Origin: Gemmatimonadota bacterium
GTDB taxonomy: Bacteria > Gemmatimonadota > Gemmatimonadetes > Palauibacterales > Palauibacteraceae
Length of the DNA: 45,959 nucleotides
Assembly (NCBI GenBank): GCA_039588275.1
Contig: JBDHAC010000045.1
Span: 1 to 45,959, forward strand
Reading direction: 5' to 3'
Shown here: piece after piece, positions 19,288-28,935 of the stretch
Layout of the letters: each line of letters opens with the position of its first letter
How positions within the stretch are numbered: position 1 is the stretch's first letter
Notes under the pieces: generated by a model
Told to the model about the DNA's origin: nothing
Database searches by the model: none
Seen by the model: the letters and a program-made list of their open reading frames with translations, nothing else
Made by a program: the position numbers and the translations under genes

Positions 19288-20124
19288 ATGAGCGATGTCG
19301 TGTGGGAGTCCGTCAAGGAATACGAAGACATCACCTATCACAAGGCCGAGGGAATAGCGCGCATCGCGTTCAATCGGCCCGAAGTTCGGAACGCCTTCCG
19401 GCCCGACACGTTGTTCGAGCTCCTCGAGGCGTTCGCGGATGCGCGTGATGACGCGGACATCGGCGTTGTGCTGTTTACGGGCAATGGCCCATCGAGTGAC
19501 GGGAAATGGGCGTTTTGCAGTGGAGGTGACCAACGCGTCCGAGGGGAGGCCGGATACGTGGGTCGGGACGGGGTGCCGCGCCTCAACGTGCTCGATCTGC
19601 AGCGGCTGATACGCTCCATGCCGAAGCCCGTGATCGCGCTCGTCGCCGGGTACGCGATCGGAGGCGGACACGTACTCCACATCGTGTGCGATCTGACGAT
19701 CGCAGCCGATAACGCGGTGTTCGGACAAACCGGACCGAAGGTCGGGAGCTTCGACGGGGGTTTCGGCTCCTCGTATCTAGCTCGCTGCGTGGGCCAGAAG
19801 AAGGCGCGCGAGATCTGGTATCTGTGTCGCCAGTATGATGCGCATCAGGCCGAGCGCATGGGGTTGGTCAACGAGGTCGTTCCGCTGGAGCGGCTCGAGG
19901 AAGAAGGGGTCCAATGGGCGCGTGAGATCCTGGACAGGAGCCCGCTCGCCATCAGGTGTCTCAAGGCCGCGTTCAACGCCGACTGCGATGGACAGGCCGG
20001 CCTGCAGGAACTCGCGGGCAACGCGACGCTTCTGTTCTACATGACCGAAGAGGGGCAGGAGGGTCGCAACGCGTTCCTGGAGAAGCGCAAGCCGGATTTC
20101 CGCAAGTATCCATGGCGTCCCTGA
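19288..20124 (+). CDS. menB: 1,4-dihydroxy-2-naphthoyl-CoA synthase
   Basis: [61 protein letters not shown] upstream. Confidence 0.98.
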   Translation: MSDVVWESVKEYEDITYHKAEGIARIAFNRPEVRNAFRPDTLFELLEAFADARDDADIGVVLFTGNGPSSDGKWAFCSGGDQRVRGEAGYVGRDGVPRLNVLDLQRLIRSMPKPVIALVAGYAIGGGHVLHIVCDLTIAADNAVFGQTGPKVGSFDGGFGSSYLARCVGQKKAREIWYLCRQYDAHQAERMGLVNEVVPLERLEEEGVQWAREILDRSPLAIRCLKAAFNADCDGQAGLQELAGNATLLFYMTEEGQEGRNAFLEKRKPDFRKYPWRP

Positions 20125-21038
20125 TCGAAGGAGGTGGTGCAAGCGACCCGATCACCGATGCGAGCGCCGCGCGTGCCTGGACCGCGGCGGCACGACCGAA
20201 GACACTTCCGGCCGCCATAGGCCCCGTCCTGATGGGCGGGGGATTGGCTTGGTCCGACGGCCTCTTCCTCGCCCTCCCGTTCGCCACCACCCTCGCGTGC
20301 GCCGTTCTGATCCAGGTCGGCACGAATCTCGCCAACGACTACTCCGACTTCGTGCGTGGCGCAGACACGCCCGACCGACTCGGTCTGCCGCGCGCCACCC
20401 AGGCAGGGTTGATCGCGCCGGACCGCATGCGACTGGGTGCGATCCTCACCTTCGGGCTCGCGTTACTCCTCGGCGTCTACCTGGTGTATGTGGGTGGGTG
20501 GCCGATACTGGCGATTGGTCTGCTGTCGATCGCGGCGGGAATCGCGTATACGGGCGGGCCGTGGCCGTTTGGCTACCATGGGCTCGGTGATGTATTCGTG
20601 TTCCTCTTCTTCGGACTGGTCGCGGTCGGGGGCACGTATTACGTACAGGCCCTCGAGTGGGCTCCCGGCACCCTCCTCGCCGGTGTCGGCGTCGGGGCGC
20701 TCACGACCGCGATCCTCGTCGTCAACAACCTGCGGGATGCGGAAACGGACGCGCGGGCCGGGAAGCGGACGCTCGCGGTAATCCTCGGACGCCGCGGCAC
20801 GCAGGTCGAGTACACGCTGCTGTTCGCGATCGGTGCGCTCGTTCCGGCGATCGGTGTGTGGGCGTTCGATTGGCGAATCGCTTGTCTCCTCGCTGTGGTC
20901 GGGCTCTCGACAGGAGTGGGAGCGCTTCGGGAGGTGTGGCGATTCCGGGATCCACGCACCCTCAACGCGGCGCTCGGCGTGACGGCACGGGCCACGGGTC
21001 TGTACGGACTGCTGTTCGCGGTGGGGTGCCTGGTGTGA
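20112..21038 (+). CDS. menA: 1,4-dihydroxy-2-naphthoate polyprenyltransferase
   Basis: [54 protein letters not shown]. Confidence 0.95.
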   Translation: MASLIEGGGASDPITDASAARAWTAAARPKTLPAAIGPVLMGGGLAWSDGLFLALPFATTLACAVLIQVGTNLANDYSDFVRGADTPDRLGLPRATQAGLIAPDRMRLGAILTFGLALLLGVYLVYVGGWPILAIGLLSIAAGIAYTGGPWPFGYHGLGDVFVFLFFGLVAVGGTYYVQALEWAPGTLLAGVGVGALTTAILVVNNLRDAETDARAGKRTLAVILGRRGTQVEYTLLFAIGALVPAIGVWAFDWRIACLLAVVGLSTGVGALREVWRFRDPRTLNAALGVTARATGLYGLLFAVGCLV

Positions 21039-22528
21039 AGGCGGATCCGCCCATCGACGCCGGGGGCGACCCTCTTCGCCTCCAGGCCGAGCAACGGCCG
21101 ACGGCGGTCGCGCTCGAGGCGGACGAGCAGACGTGGACGTACGAGGCACTTGACCACGGGGCCGACGAGCTCGCGACCCAACTGTCCGAGTCGGGGCTGG
21201 CGCCGGGGGAAATCGTCGGAGCCTGGGTCGATCCGTCCCCTGCGGGCATCGTATGGGTGCACGGCGTACCGCGCGGCGGTGGTGTGCTCGCCCCGGGGCA
21301 CACGCGGTGGAGCGAGGCTGAACGGGCCGCCTTCTTGACGCGGCTGCGGCCGGCGGCCGTGATCGGTGAGGCGGGCTCGCCACCGCCCGCCGGTGAGTGG
21401 ACGGAACGACGAATCGCCATCGAGGCGCTCGGCGGCGCAGAGCTTTCGCTGTTCCGACCGTCAGGGCCGGCGGAGCCCCGGCGTGCCCCGAAGGCCGCGC
21501 ACGCGCTCCTGTGGACCTCCGGCACCGAAGGCGAGCCGCGCGTGGTTTGCCTGAGCCTCAGGAGCCAGCTGCTCAACGCCGGGGCTGCGAACCGACGACT
21601 GGCTTTTCGCTCGGCTGACGGCTGGTTGTTGTCGCTCGGGCTGGCGCACGTCGGTGGCCTCGCGATCACCCAGCGGTGCGCCCTGGCAGGCGCCCGTCTC
21701 GTGCTCGCCCCCGCGCGCTTCGAGCCTGACCGTCTACTCAGGCTCGTTCGGAGCGACACGGTCACGCACGTGTCGGTTGTTCCGACGATGCTGGACCGAC
21801 TGCTCGATGCGGATTCAGGCGTGCCGCTCCCCGACCGACTGCGCTGCCTGCTGGTAGGTGGTGATGCGATCCCGGCTGGCCGCCTGAGTCGAGCGCTCGA
21901 CCGGGGTTGGCCGTTGGCGCTGACGTATGGGCTCACCGAAGCCGCTTCGCAAGTCGCGACCGCTCCACCGGAGCTCGTGCGCAGGAAGCCCGGCACCGTC
22001 GGCGCATCGCTCGACGGAGTAAAGATCCGGATTGCGTCGGATGGCGAAATCCGGGTCGGCGGCTCGACGGTCATGCTCGGCTATCTTGGTGGTGATGACG
22101 TCCTGGACGGTGTCCGAGACGGGTGGGTGCGAACCGGTGATCGGGGTCGGCTCGACGAGGATGGCGACCTGTGGGTCACTGGTCGCGTTGCCAGCCGCAT
22201 CGTCACCGGAGGCTCGAACGTCGATCCGGCCGAGATCGAAGACGTGCTCGCGAGACACGCCGACGTTCGCGCAGCCTGTGTGGTCGGGGTGCCGGACGAC
22301 GTGTGGGGGGAGCGCGTCGTCGCCGTCATCGTCGCTCGCGATCCGTCCTCGACGAGACCCGAGGTCCTGGAGTCCGAGTTGGCTGCCTGGGCGCGTCAGA
22401 GGCTCTCGGGCCCGCGATACCCCCGCGCGTGGGTCTTCCTCGAGCGGCTGCCCCTCACGCCGACGGGGAAGCCCGATCGCGTCGCCCTGCGGAAGCTCGC
22501 GGGGACCGACGTGACTTCCAGGGGCTGA
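21035..22528 (+). CDS. menE: o-succinylbenzoate--CoA ligase (AMP-binding family)
   Basis: WTSGTEGEPR, HVGGL, SVVPTML, TYGLTEAASQV, RTGDRG, TGGSNVDPAEIE, PDDVWGE, TGKPDR; GTGA overlap with menA. Confidence 0.88.
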   Translation: MKADPPIDAGGDPLRLQAEQRPTAVALEADEQTWTYEALDHGADELATQLSESGLAPGEIVGAWVDPSPAGIVWVHGVPRGGGVLAPGHTRWSEAERAAFLTRLRPAAVIGEAGSPPPAGEWTERRIAIEALGGAELSLFRPSGPAEPRRAPKAAHALLWTSGTEGEPRVVCLSLRSQLLNAGAANRRLAFRSADGWLLSLGLAHVGGLAITQRCALAGARLVLAPARFEPDRLLRLVRSDTVTHVSVVPTMLDRLLDADSGVPLPDRLRCLLVGGDAIPAGRLSRALDRGWPLALTYGLTEAASQVATAPPELVRRKPGTVGASLDGVKIRIASDGEIRVGGSTVMLGYLGGDDVLDGVRDGWVRTGDRGRLDEDGDLWVTGRVASRIVTGGSNVDPAEIEDVLARHADVRAACVVGVPDDVWGERVVAVIVARDPSSTRPEVLESELAAWARQRLSGPRYPRAWVFLERLPLTPTGKPDRVALRKLAGTDVTSRG

Positions 22529-22540
22529 GTGACGTCGGGG

Positions 22541-23803
22541 CTACCCTCGTCTGGGACCTTCGGGGATGCGGGGCTCGTGCTCCGCACGACGGATCATGAG
22601 CACGCGATCGGCCTCGACGCGTTTTCTGAACCCGAGAAGATGCAGGACCCCGATCAGGAACCGACTCGGTGCCGGGCCGAGGACGAGGGCATCCGTGCGC
22701 TCCGAATGTCTCTCCACCCCCGGGATGAATGAAGCCAGGCGATCGGCACCGAGCCCTCGTAGGAGCGCTGATACGCGGAGCCAGGCCGGATTCACCTCGT
22801 GAACGATGAAGAACCCGTCGTTGCCCAACTCCTGATACAGCGGTAGGAAGATCCGCCCGCTCTCCGGCGACCGCACGGGACCGGAGCTCGAGGATCCGAC
22901 CACCTGCCCCGCTTCCACGTGCGCGAAATTGCGGAAGCCAGGCAGCATCTTGAAGACGTCTTCCGACTGGATGTCGTGTCTGTACCGTACCTCCAGGGCG
23001 CGCGGTAGTCCCAGGCTGGCGTGCGCCAGGCGGGCGCGGCGGCGGGCCAGCTCCGGGATGTCCTCGATCGCGAGCATTTCGAGGGCCGCCAGCGTGATCC
23101 AGAGCGAATCCTCGTGCGCCTGTACCGACTCTTCGGCCCCGTGCACGCCCCCCTCGATGCCGATGCCGACGAGCCCACGCTGGTCGAGGTGCTCGAGCAT
23201 CGCCCCGTCGATCTGTTCCTCCAGGCCCAAAACGATCGGAAGTGGCAGCTTGAGCGCGAACTCGCGGTTGGCTCGGGTGTCGCCGAGCGTTGCGAACGGA
23301 GCGCTCTCCGCGGATGTCGTGTGCAGATCCAGTGCGAAGATGTCGCCGCGAGCCTCACCGAGCTCTTGCCCGAGCGCTTCGAGGAGTTGCCGTTGCTCCC
23401 AGTGCTCGGAGGCTCCGAGCGAGGCTCTGCCCTCCGCAGGTTCGGCGGGCAGGGTGGGGCTTCCGCCCGCCTCGGATCGCAAGCCGGCGAGCACGGCGTC
23501 GACGCGCGCTGGCTGCCACATGCGATTCAGGTCTTCATCGATGTAGCGTCGACCGCACTCGAGGGCAGCCAGGTTGCCTGCCAGACCGACGAAATCCCCC
23601 CGCATCGAAGGCCGCCGGCGATGCAGTGCCTCCATGACGTGCTCCACGGCGATGACTCCGGCCCGCTCGTTCCCGTGCAGCCCGGCAACACACAACAGCA
23701 GCGGGCCGGGCCTATCGCCGACGTAGCGGCCGAGGCGGCGCCGATATGTGAAGCTGCTTTCCGCGGTCCGGGCGGACGCGCTCTCCGACGTAGTCACGGG
23801 CAC
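22541..23803 (-). CDS. Succinylglutamate desuccinylase/aspartoacylase family (M14) protein
   Basis: AGLHGNE, GNLAA..RYIDEDLNR, LDLHTTS, IEGG motifs. Confidence 0.88.
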   Translation of the reverse strand: MPVTTSESASARTAESSFTYRRRLGRYVGDRPGPLLLCVAGLHGNERAGVIAVEHVMEALHRRRPSMRGDFVGLAGNLAALECGRRYIDEDLNRMWQPARVDAVLAGLRSEAGGSPTLPAEPAEGRASLGASEHWEQRQLLEALGQELGEARGDIFALDLHTTSAESAPFATLGDTRANREFALKLPLPIVLGLEEQIDGAMLEHLDQRGLVGIGIEGGVHGAEESVQAHEDSLWITLAALEMLAIEDIPELARRRARLAHASLGLPRALEVRYRHDIQSEDVFKMLPGFRNFAHVEAGQVVGSSSSGPVRSPESGRIFLPLYQELGNDGFFIVHEVNPAWLRVSALLRGLGADRLASFIPGVERHSERTDALVLGPAPSRFLIGVLHLLGFRKRVEADRVLMIRRAEHEPRIPEGPRRG

Positions 23804-23884
23804 TCCCTGGCCGTCACGGGCGCTCCCTTGCGAGCCGTCGGTCCGCAGACGACGGGGATTCGGGGTTGCACGGTGTGATGCGGT

Positions 23885-24223
23885 TCACTCGGCAGGCAGG
23901 TCTTCGGTCTTCGCCGCGAAGACGAAATCGCTTTCCGTGAGGCCATCGATCTTGTGCGTCCAGATGGTGACGCGGACGCGCCCCCACCTCAGAAAGATGT
24001 CGGGGTGATGGTCCTGATCCTCGGCCAATTCACCGACGCGGTTGGTAAAATCGAGTGCCTGTCGGAAATCCGGAAACTCGAACTCCTTCTCCAGGTGGTG
24101 CCCGTCGACGACCTGCCACCCGCCTCCCAACTCAGAATGCAGGCGCTCGAGTTCCTCGCCCTGGAGCGGCGGCACGCCGCCGCGACAGGGTACGCACTGC
24201 ATCTGGTTCAAACGTGTGCTCAT
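23885..24223 (-). CDS. Pterin-4-alpha-carbinolamine dehydratase
   Basis: FEFPDF..ALDF, AEDQDHHPDI, WTHKIDGLTESDFVFAAK; N-terminal CVPC. Confidence 0.93.
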   Translation of the reverse strand: MSTRLNQMQCVPCRGGVPPLQGEELERLHSELGGGWQVVDGHHLEKEFEFPDFRQALDFTNRVGELAEDQDHHPDIFLRWGRVRVTIWTHKIDGLTESDFVFAAKTEDLPAE

Positions 24224-24342
24224 CGCGCGTCTCCGGCTTCCCGGTCGTGATCTGAATGGGCCTTGTCAGAAAGGTCGTGACGTTCGAGGAGGCACGCAAC
24301 GCGCGCCGTACGAGCAGGCAGGATGCGCCGCCGGCGGGCTGG

Positions 24343-25875
24343 TCAGCGGGGTGGGAGCTTTCTGCCGGGCGTGCCCGGCGGTGGAAGCTGTGCCGTCGCC
24401 GCCTGATCGCGTCCCTCGCGCTTGGCCCGGTACAATGCGACATCCGCCTCCCGAAGAAGGCCCTTCACGTCCGAGCCGCTCTCTGGGTAGAAGGCGATCC
24501 CCGCCGAAACCGTGAGCCCGATCTCGGAGCCATCATCGGCCATCAGCGTGAGCCCCTGAACGTGTCGCCGTAATCGGTCGGTCACCGCGACTGCGCGTTC
24601 CGGGTCCGCCTCGATCACCAGGGCGGCAAACTCATCCCCGCCCAGGCGAGCCAGAACGTCCGTGTCGCGCAGCGTAATTCGCATGACGTCGGCGACCGCC
24701 TGCAGGGCGCGGTCACCCGTCAGGTGGCCGTGTCGATCGTTGATCGACTTCAGGTGGTCGCAGTCCACGAGGATCACGGCCACCCGGTTCCCGTACCGAC
24801 TGGCCCGACGAAGCTGCTCCTCGAGACTTTCCACGAAGTGGCGTCGGTTGTGCAGCCCGGTCAGAGGATCGGTGACGGCCAGTCGACGGGTCTCCTCGTT
24901 CAGCTGGGCTGCCCGGATGACGACCGCCGCCTGCTGAGCCACGACGCTGAGCGGTCGCACGTGATCGTCATTATACGCGTCCGGCGATCGCGACTCCGCG
25001 TTCAGGACACCGATCACACGGCCGTCGACCTTGAGCGGCAGGGCGATTTCGCTCTGGGCCCCCTCCACGCCTTCGATGTAGTCCTCGACCTCCGCCAGGT
25101 TGTCGACGACGACTACGTCGCCTGTCTCGGCGCACCTCCCGGTCACGCCCTGACCGAGCGGGATTCGGAGCAGGTTGGCGCCCTCCGAGTATCCTCTGGC
25201 GGCGCGGACGATGAGCGATCGGCTGACCTCATCGATCAACAGAACCGCGACGTAGCCGTCGGGGACCAGCTCCTCCGTCACCTCGAGGATAGCCGTCAAC
25301 GTGTTGTCTAGGTCATCCTGACCGCTCGCGAGCTGGCTGATGCGGTACAGGGCGTTCAGCTGATCGATGCGATGCTGGAGCCGATCGGTGGTACGCGCAG
25401 CGAGGATAGCCAGAGCAGCTTGAGAACCGAGGACCGTAAGGAGCTTCTCGTGTGTCTCGGTGAAGGCAGCCGGCCGTTCGGACTCGACGTTGATGACTCC
25501 GGCGACTTCATTCGCCACAAGAAGCGGTACGGCGAGGTTGGAACGACACTCCTGGAGACCGGCCACGTAGCGCGGGTCCTTCGTGACGTCCATGACGCTG
25601 ACCGCCTGTCGGTGCTCGGCTGCCCATCCGGAGAGGCCTCGGCCGCGGGGAAGCCTGATCGACATCACTTCATCCGCTTGCTCGCCGTAGCCCCTTACAC
25701 GCGCGACCCTAAGGCAGCCGGATTCGCGGTCGTACAGCATCAACGCGCCGTGATCGAATCCGATGAGCTCCTGCGCCTGCTCGAGGACGGTGTCGAGCAG
25801 GTCATCCAGACTGTCGATCAAGCCGACGCGACGCGTCGCGTTATAGAGGGCCGTGAGGCTCTCGAGTTCGTTCAT
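24343..25875 (-). CDS. GAF-GAF-GGDEF diguanylate cyclase
   Basis: Two GAF repeats (GRGLSGW..LAVPL..GVINVES; GQGVTG..IALPL..GVLNAES), DPLTGLHNRR, INDRHGHLTGD, I-site RDTD, intact GGDEF, ADVALYRAK. Confidence 0.94.
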   Translation of the reverse strand: MNELESLTALYNATRRVGLIDSLDDLLDTVLEQAQELIGFDHGALMLYDRESGCLRVARVRGYGEQADEVMSIRLPRGRGLSGWAAEHRQAVSVMDVTKDPRYVAGLQECRSNLAVPLLVANEVAGVINVESERPAAFTETHEKLLTVLGSQAALAILAARTTDRLQHRIDQLNALYRISQLASGQDDLDNTLTAILEVTEELVPDGYVAVLLIDEVSRSLIVRAARGYSEGANLLRIPLGQGVTGRCAETGDVVVVDNLAEVEDYIEGVEGAQSEIALPLKVDGRVIGVLNAESRSPDAYNDDHVRPLSVVAQQAAVVIRAAQLNEETRRLAVTDPLTGLHNRRHFVESLEEQLRRASRYGNRVAVILVDCDHLKSINDRHGHLTGDRALQAVADVMRITLRDTDVLARLGGDEFAALVIEADPERAVAVTDRLRRHVQGLTLMADDGSEIGLTVSAGIAFYPESGSDVKGLLREADVALYRAKREGRDQAATAQLPPPGTPGRKLPPR

Positions 25876-26437
25876 CTAGCCTATCCGGACGTGGCTGCAC
25901 CGGTCGTGGATGGTTTCGAGCGAACGTATCGCTCTCAAACCAGGTGTCAGAGGTTCAAGCCGCTTGCCAGTTTCGGGAGTCAGGCGGTGGAGGGACACCC
26001 GTGCGCGCGGTTGCCCGATTGAGCCTCGGGAAGTCTGCTTGCCTGTGCGCGATACGCCCGCCGGGCCGCGATTCACCATCCGGTCCATTATCTCATAATG
26101 CACATCATATATACAGCCGTAACTAATTTACGTGTAGATGTATACGCGTTCATTTGACTATGGCGTCCGACTCGGAAAGACGGGTTGAGCGAGGGCGTTG
26201 GCGTGGGTCAAAGCGGAAAGGGCCACGCGCCCTGGGGTGCGACCCTGGTCCACGTCCGCGGGTCTGAGTCGCCGCGATGTGGGGCTTTCTGCTAGCGCGT
26301 GTGGCGTTTCGCTCCGCTTGGCCGGTTCCTCCCCATCCACGGATCCGGGCAGGACCGCGGGCCCCGGCGCGTCGGCCGACCGGGTGCCCACCGGCAGTAC
26401 GGTGCGGCGCGTTCGATGCGCGCCGAACGGAAGCTGA

Positions 26438-26920
26438 TCAAGAGGCCGCTGCGACCGCCTGCCTCACCGCCTCGTAGTCGGGCTCGACGCCCGCATCCTC
26501 GGAGACCCACACGTACGCCACCCGACCGTCGCTTCCGATCACGAATACGGATCTCTTCGCGACGCCTTTGAGACCCGCGAGGTGCTCCGCGAGCACTCCG
26601 TACGCGCCGCTGACGTCCTTGTTGAAATCGGAAAGCACGAGGAAGGGAAAATCCTCGAGATCGCGGAAATGTGCCGTGACGAAGGGGCTGTCGACCGAGA
26701 TGGCGAATACGCTCGCGTCGAGATCCTGCCAGCCCTCCCAAGAGTCACGCACCGTCCTGAGCTCGGTCGTGCACACGGAGCTGAAGGCGAGCGGAATGAA
26801 CAGGAGAACGACCTTCTCCCGGCCTAGATGGTCTGACAGGTCGATGGTCTCGCCGGGGCGATGGGGAAGCGCGAACGTAGGGGCGCGCTCGCCCGTCTGT
26901 ATGCTCGTGCCCGGTTCCAT
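26438..26920 (-). CDS. Peroxiredoxin (AhpE/BCP-like, single Cys)
   Basis: GERAPTFAL, FIPLAFSSVCTTE (PxxxSxxC), AISVDS, LSDFN, AKRSVFVIG. Start ATG 26920; the 412-aa ORF upstream part is a shadow of the neighbouring gene. Confidence 0.9.
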   Translation of the reverse strand: MEPGTSIQTGERAPTFALPHRPGETIDLSDHLGREKVVLLFIPLAFSSVCTTELRTVRDSWEGWQDLDASVFAISVDSPFVTAHFRDLEDFPFLVLSDFNKDVSGAYGVLAEHLAGLKGVAKRSVFVIGSDGRVAYVWVSEDAGVEPDYEAVRQAVAAAS

Positions 26921-26937
26921 CGAGTTCCGATGACCTG

Positions 26938-28836
26938 CTAGAAGGCGCCGCCGCCGCCGCCGCCGAACCCGCCGCCCGAGAACCCACCACCACCGGAGAA
27001 GCCCCCGCCACCGAAGCTGGATCCGCCGGAGCTGCGGGGTGCAGATCGCATAACGTTCGCCGTCTGTCCGGTCATGCGACCCAGGTCCGAGACGAAGATG
27101 TGCGTGTTGAAGTGATGAAAGCTCGACCCCCGGTACCACTCGGGGGGCTCGCGGTACATGTCGTCGAACGCGGAGGCCCACTTCTCTTCGACGCCGAGCG
27201 CCATGGCGAAGGGAAGGAGCGCTTCGAATTGTTCGGGTCCGGTGATCATCCGCTTGAATCGATCCGACTCCACCCTCGAGAGGAACTCCTCGAATCCTCG
27301 GACCAGGCGGAATAACCGTGCCCCTTCGCGCGTGCGCGCCGGCATGATCAATCCGAACCCGCCGATGATCAACGCCGTCAGGACCCCACCGATGATGACC
27401 GGAAGGGTGGCCAGCCCGAGGCGCGCCCCACTGACGAGCCCCAGTCCCACGATGGCCACCCCGACGACGATGGCCAGGGCGATGTAGCGACCCGCAACGT
27501 GATCGGGGCGGCGCGCGTACACGCGGTGCTCGACGAGTGCGTCCATCAACCGATCCTTCAGATCCGGCAGATGCTTGTAGAACTTGTTGCGCAGATCGGA
27601 GAGCTCGACCACATCCCGCGAGCGTCCGAAGACGGCGCGGAGCAGCTTGCGCTCGTGAGGCTGCAACTCCTCCCACGACGCACGGTCTCTTCGAACGTGG
27701 TATACGTACTCCTTGTCGGTGATCAGGCCGAGCAGCTTCTTCTCTTCTTTCTCCTCGATGATCAAGTAGCCTCGCACCGCCAGGTCGACCAGCGTGGCGG
27801 TGATGTCGCGCATGTCGGCGGAGTTGTCCGCCACCACTCCCACCTCGGCCGGCGTCAGCCCTTCGGGCGGCTCGTACCGCGGCTCGATGGATCCGATCTC
27901 GGGATCCTTGCCACGCCGTCTCCAGGCGCTGAACATCGCGAAGAACGCGAACCCCGGGAGCGCCAGCGGCCAGTTGGCGCTCAGGAAATACCCGACCTCG
28001 TCCAGCGCCGAGGGCCGCTCGACCACGTCGGCATCCCAGGCCACGCCCACCGTGAGACCCTCGCGGAATCCGAGACTTCGACGAGTCGTAAACCGTACGA
28101 CAGATCCCTCGATGAGCACCTCCGCGTCCTGGGCCACCGACCCGTACGCGCCGGTGAACGCGTGGGCCCTGACGCCCGTGACCTCGACGGGCAGCTCAAC
28201 CGTCGCGCGCGCCGAGCCGATCGGTACGGGCCACTCTGTACCGGTCACGTTCCAGTACAGCTCGTCGTATGCCTCGGCGATGCCTTCCCGCTCGGCCTCG
28301 GCCTCGAAGTGACGGAGGGCCCTTTTTACTCGATACCGGAGGACGACGGTCCTGGTGGCGTCCACGGCACCCGGTATCCACACCTTGATCTTGAGATGCC
28401 CGTTCTCCCGACCGATCTCCCGTCGCAGCTCGGTGCCTCGCTCATCGGTCACGCTCTCCACGTCCAAACGCAGCTTGTACGCGAAGCCCGTTGGAGTGCG
28501 GTAGTCGATCGGAATCGTCCGATAGATCCCGTTGTAGCTCCCCTCGAAGCGCGGGCGGATCGTCTCGGTCACGACGACGTCACCGCTCCGGAGAACCGTG
28601 ATGCGCGCGTCGAAGCTCTCGATCTCCCAGGAGCGAGCAGAGGCGGCGAGCGCGCCCACGGGCTCCGGCGGGGCGGTTGCGGCCCGCACGGGCAGGGCCG
28701 CGAAGCCGCAGAGCGTGAATACACAGGCCAGCGTGAAGCCCTCGCGCGGCCCGATAACCCGCCAGTCGCAGATCCGCCGCGAGAGATCGGGAGCGATTGG
28801 CCTGAAAGGCTGGCCGAAGAGCTCGATCATGCCCAC
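26938..28836 (-). CDS. DUF2207-like membrane protein
   Basis: VTETI, GIYRTIP, ELYWNVTGTEW, PPEGLTPAEVG, ATLVDLAVRGY, LPFAMALGV, Gly-rich C-terminal tail; AAGGAGG RBS; follows lemA as is common. Confidence 0.88.
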   Translation of the reverse strand: MGMIELFGQPFRPIAPDLSRRICDWRVIGPREGFTLACVFTLCGFAALPVRAATAPPEPVGALAASARSWEIESFDARITVLRSGDVVVTETIRPRFEGSYNGIYRTIPIDYRTPTGFAYKLRLDVESVTDERGTELRREIGRENGHLKIKVWIPGAVDATRTVVLRYRVKRALRHFEAEAEREGIAEAYDELYWNVTGTEWPVPIGSARATVELPVEVTGVRAHAFTGAYGSVAQDAEVLIEGSVVRFTTRRSLGFREGLTVGVAWDADVVERPSALDEVGYFLSANWPLALPGFAFFAMFSAWRRRGKDPEIGSIEPRYEPPEGLTPAEVGVVADNSADMRDITATLVDLAVRGYLIIEEKEEKKLLGLITDKEYVYHVRRDRASWEELQPHERKLLRAVFGRSRDVVELSDLRNKFYKHLPDLKDRLMDALVEHRVYARRPDHVAGRYIALAIVVGVAIVGLGLVSGARLGLATLPVIIGGVLTALIIGGFGLIMPARTREGARLFRLVRGFEEFLSRVESDRFKRMITGPEQFEALLPFAMALGVEEKWASAFDDMYREPPEWYRGSSFHHFNTHIFVSDLGRMTGQTANVMRSAPRSSGGSSFGGGGFSGGGGFSGGGFGGGGGGAF

Positions 28837-28935
28837 ACCCTCCTTGGCATTGAAACGTCAATGCCTTCGGCTATGAGGCCCCGTCCTTTTCGGGCAAGTC
28901 GACGCGTTCGGGGGAGTCCTTTGAGCGTGTCACCC

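Noticed and set aside
25983..26016. SAM-I riboswitch-like GCGGTGGAGGGAC
   Set aside because: Lacks the upstream ATC-AGAG and downstream GCAACC core, and points away from any gene start.
26088..26115. dif (XerCD) site: TTATCTCATAA-TGCACA-TCATATATACA
   Set aside because: About 15/28 identity to E. coli dif by hand count, and the normally best-conserved XerD arm (TTATGTTAAAT) matches poorly.
26101..26116. E. coli-type LexA box (..ATATATACAG)
   Set aside because: Only the right half is present (CAC instead of CTG on the left), and that motif is not expected outside certain proteobacteria.
26158..26391. 77-aa ORF in the intergenic gap
   Set aside because: Low-complexity Pro/Ala/Arg composition, no RBS or motif; probably spurious.
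26940..27030. GCC/CCG-rich repeat
   Set aside because: Encodes the ordinary Gly-rich C-terminal tail of DUF2207-like proteins.
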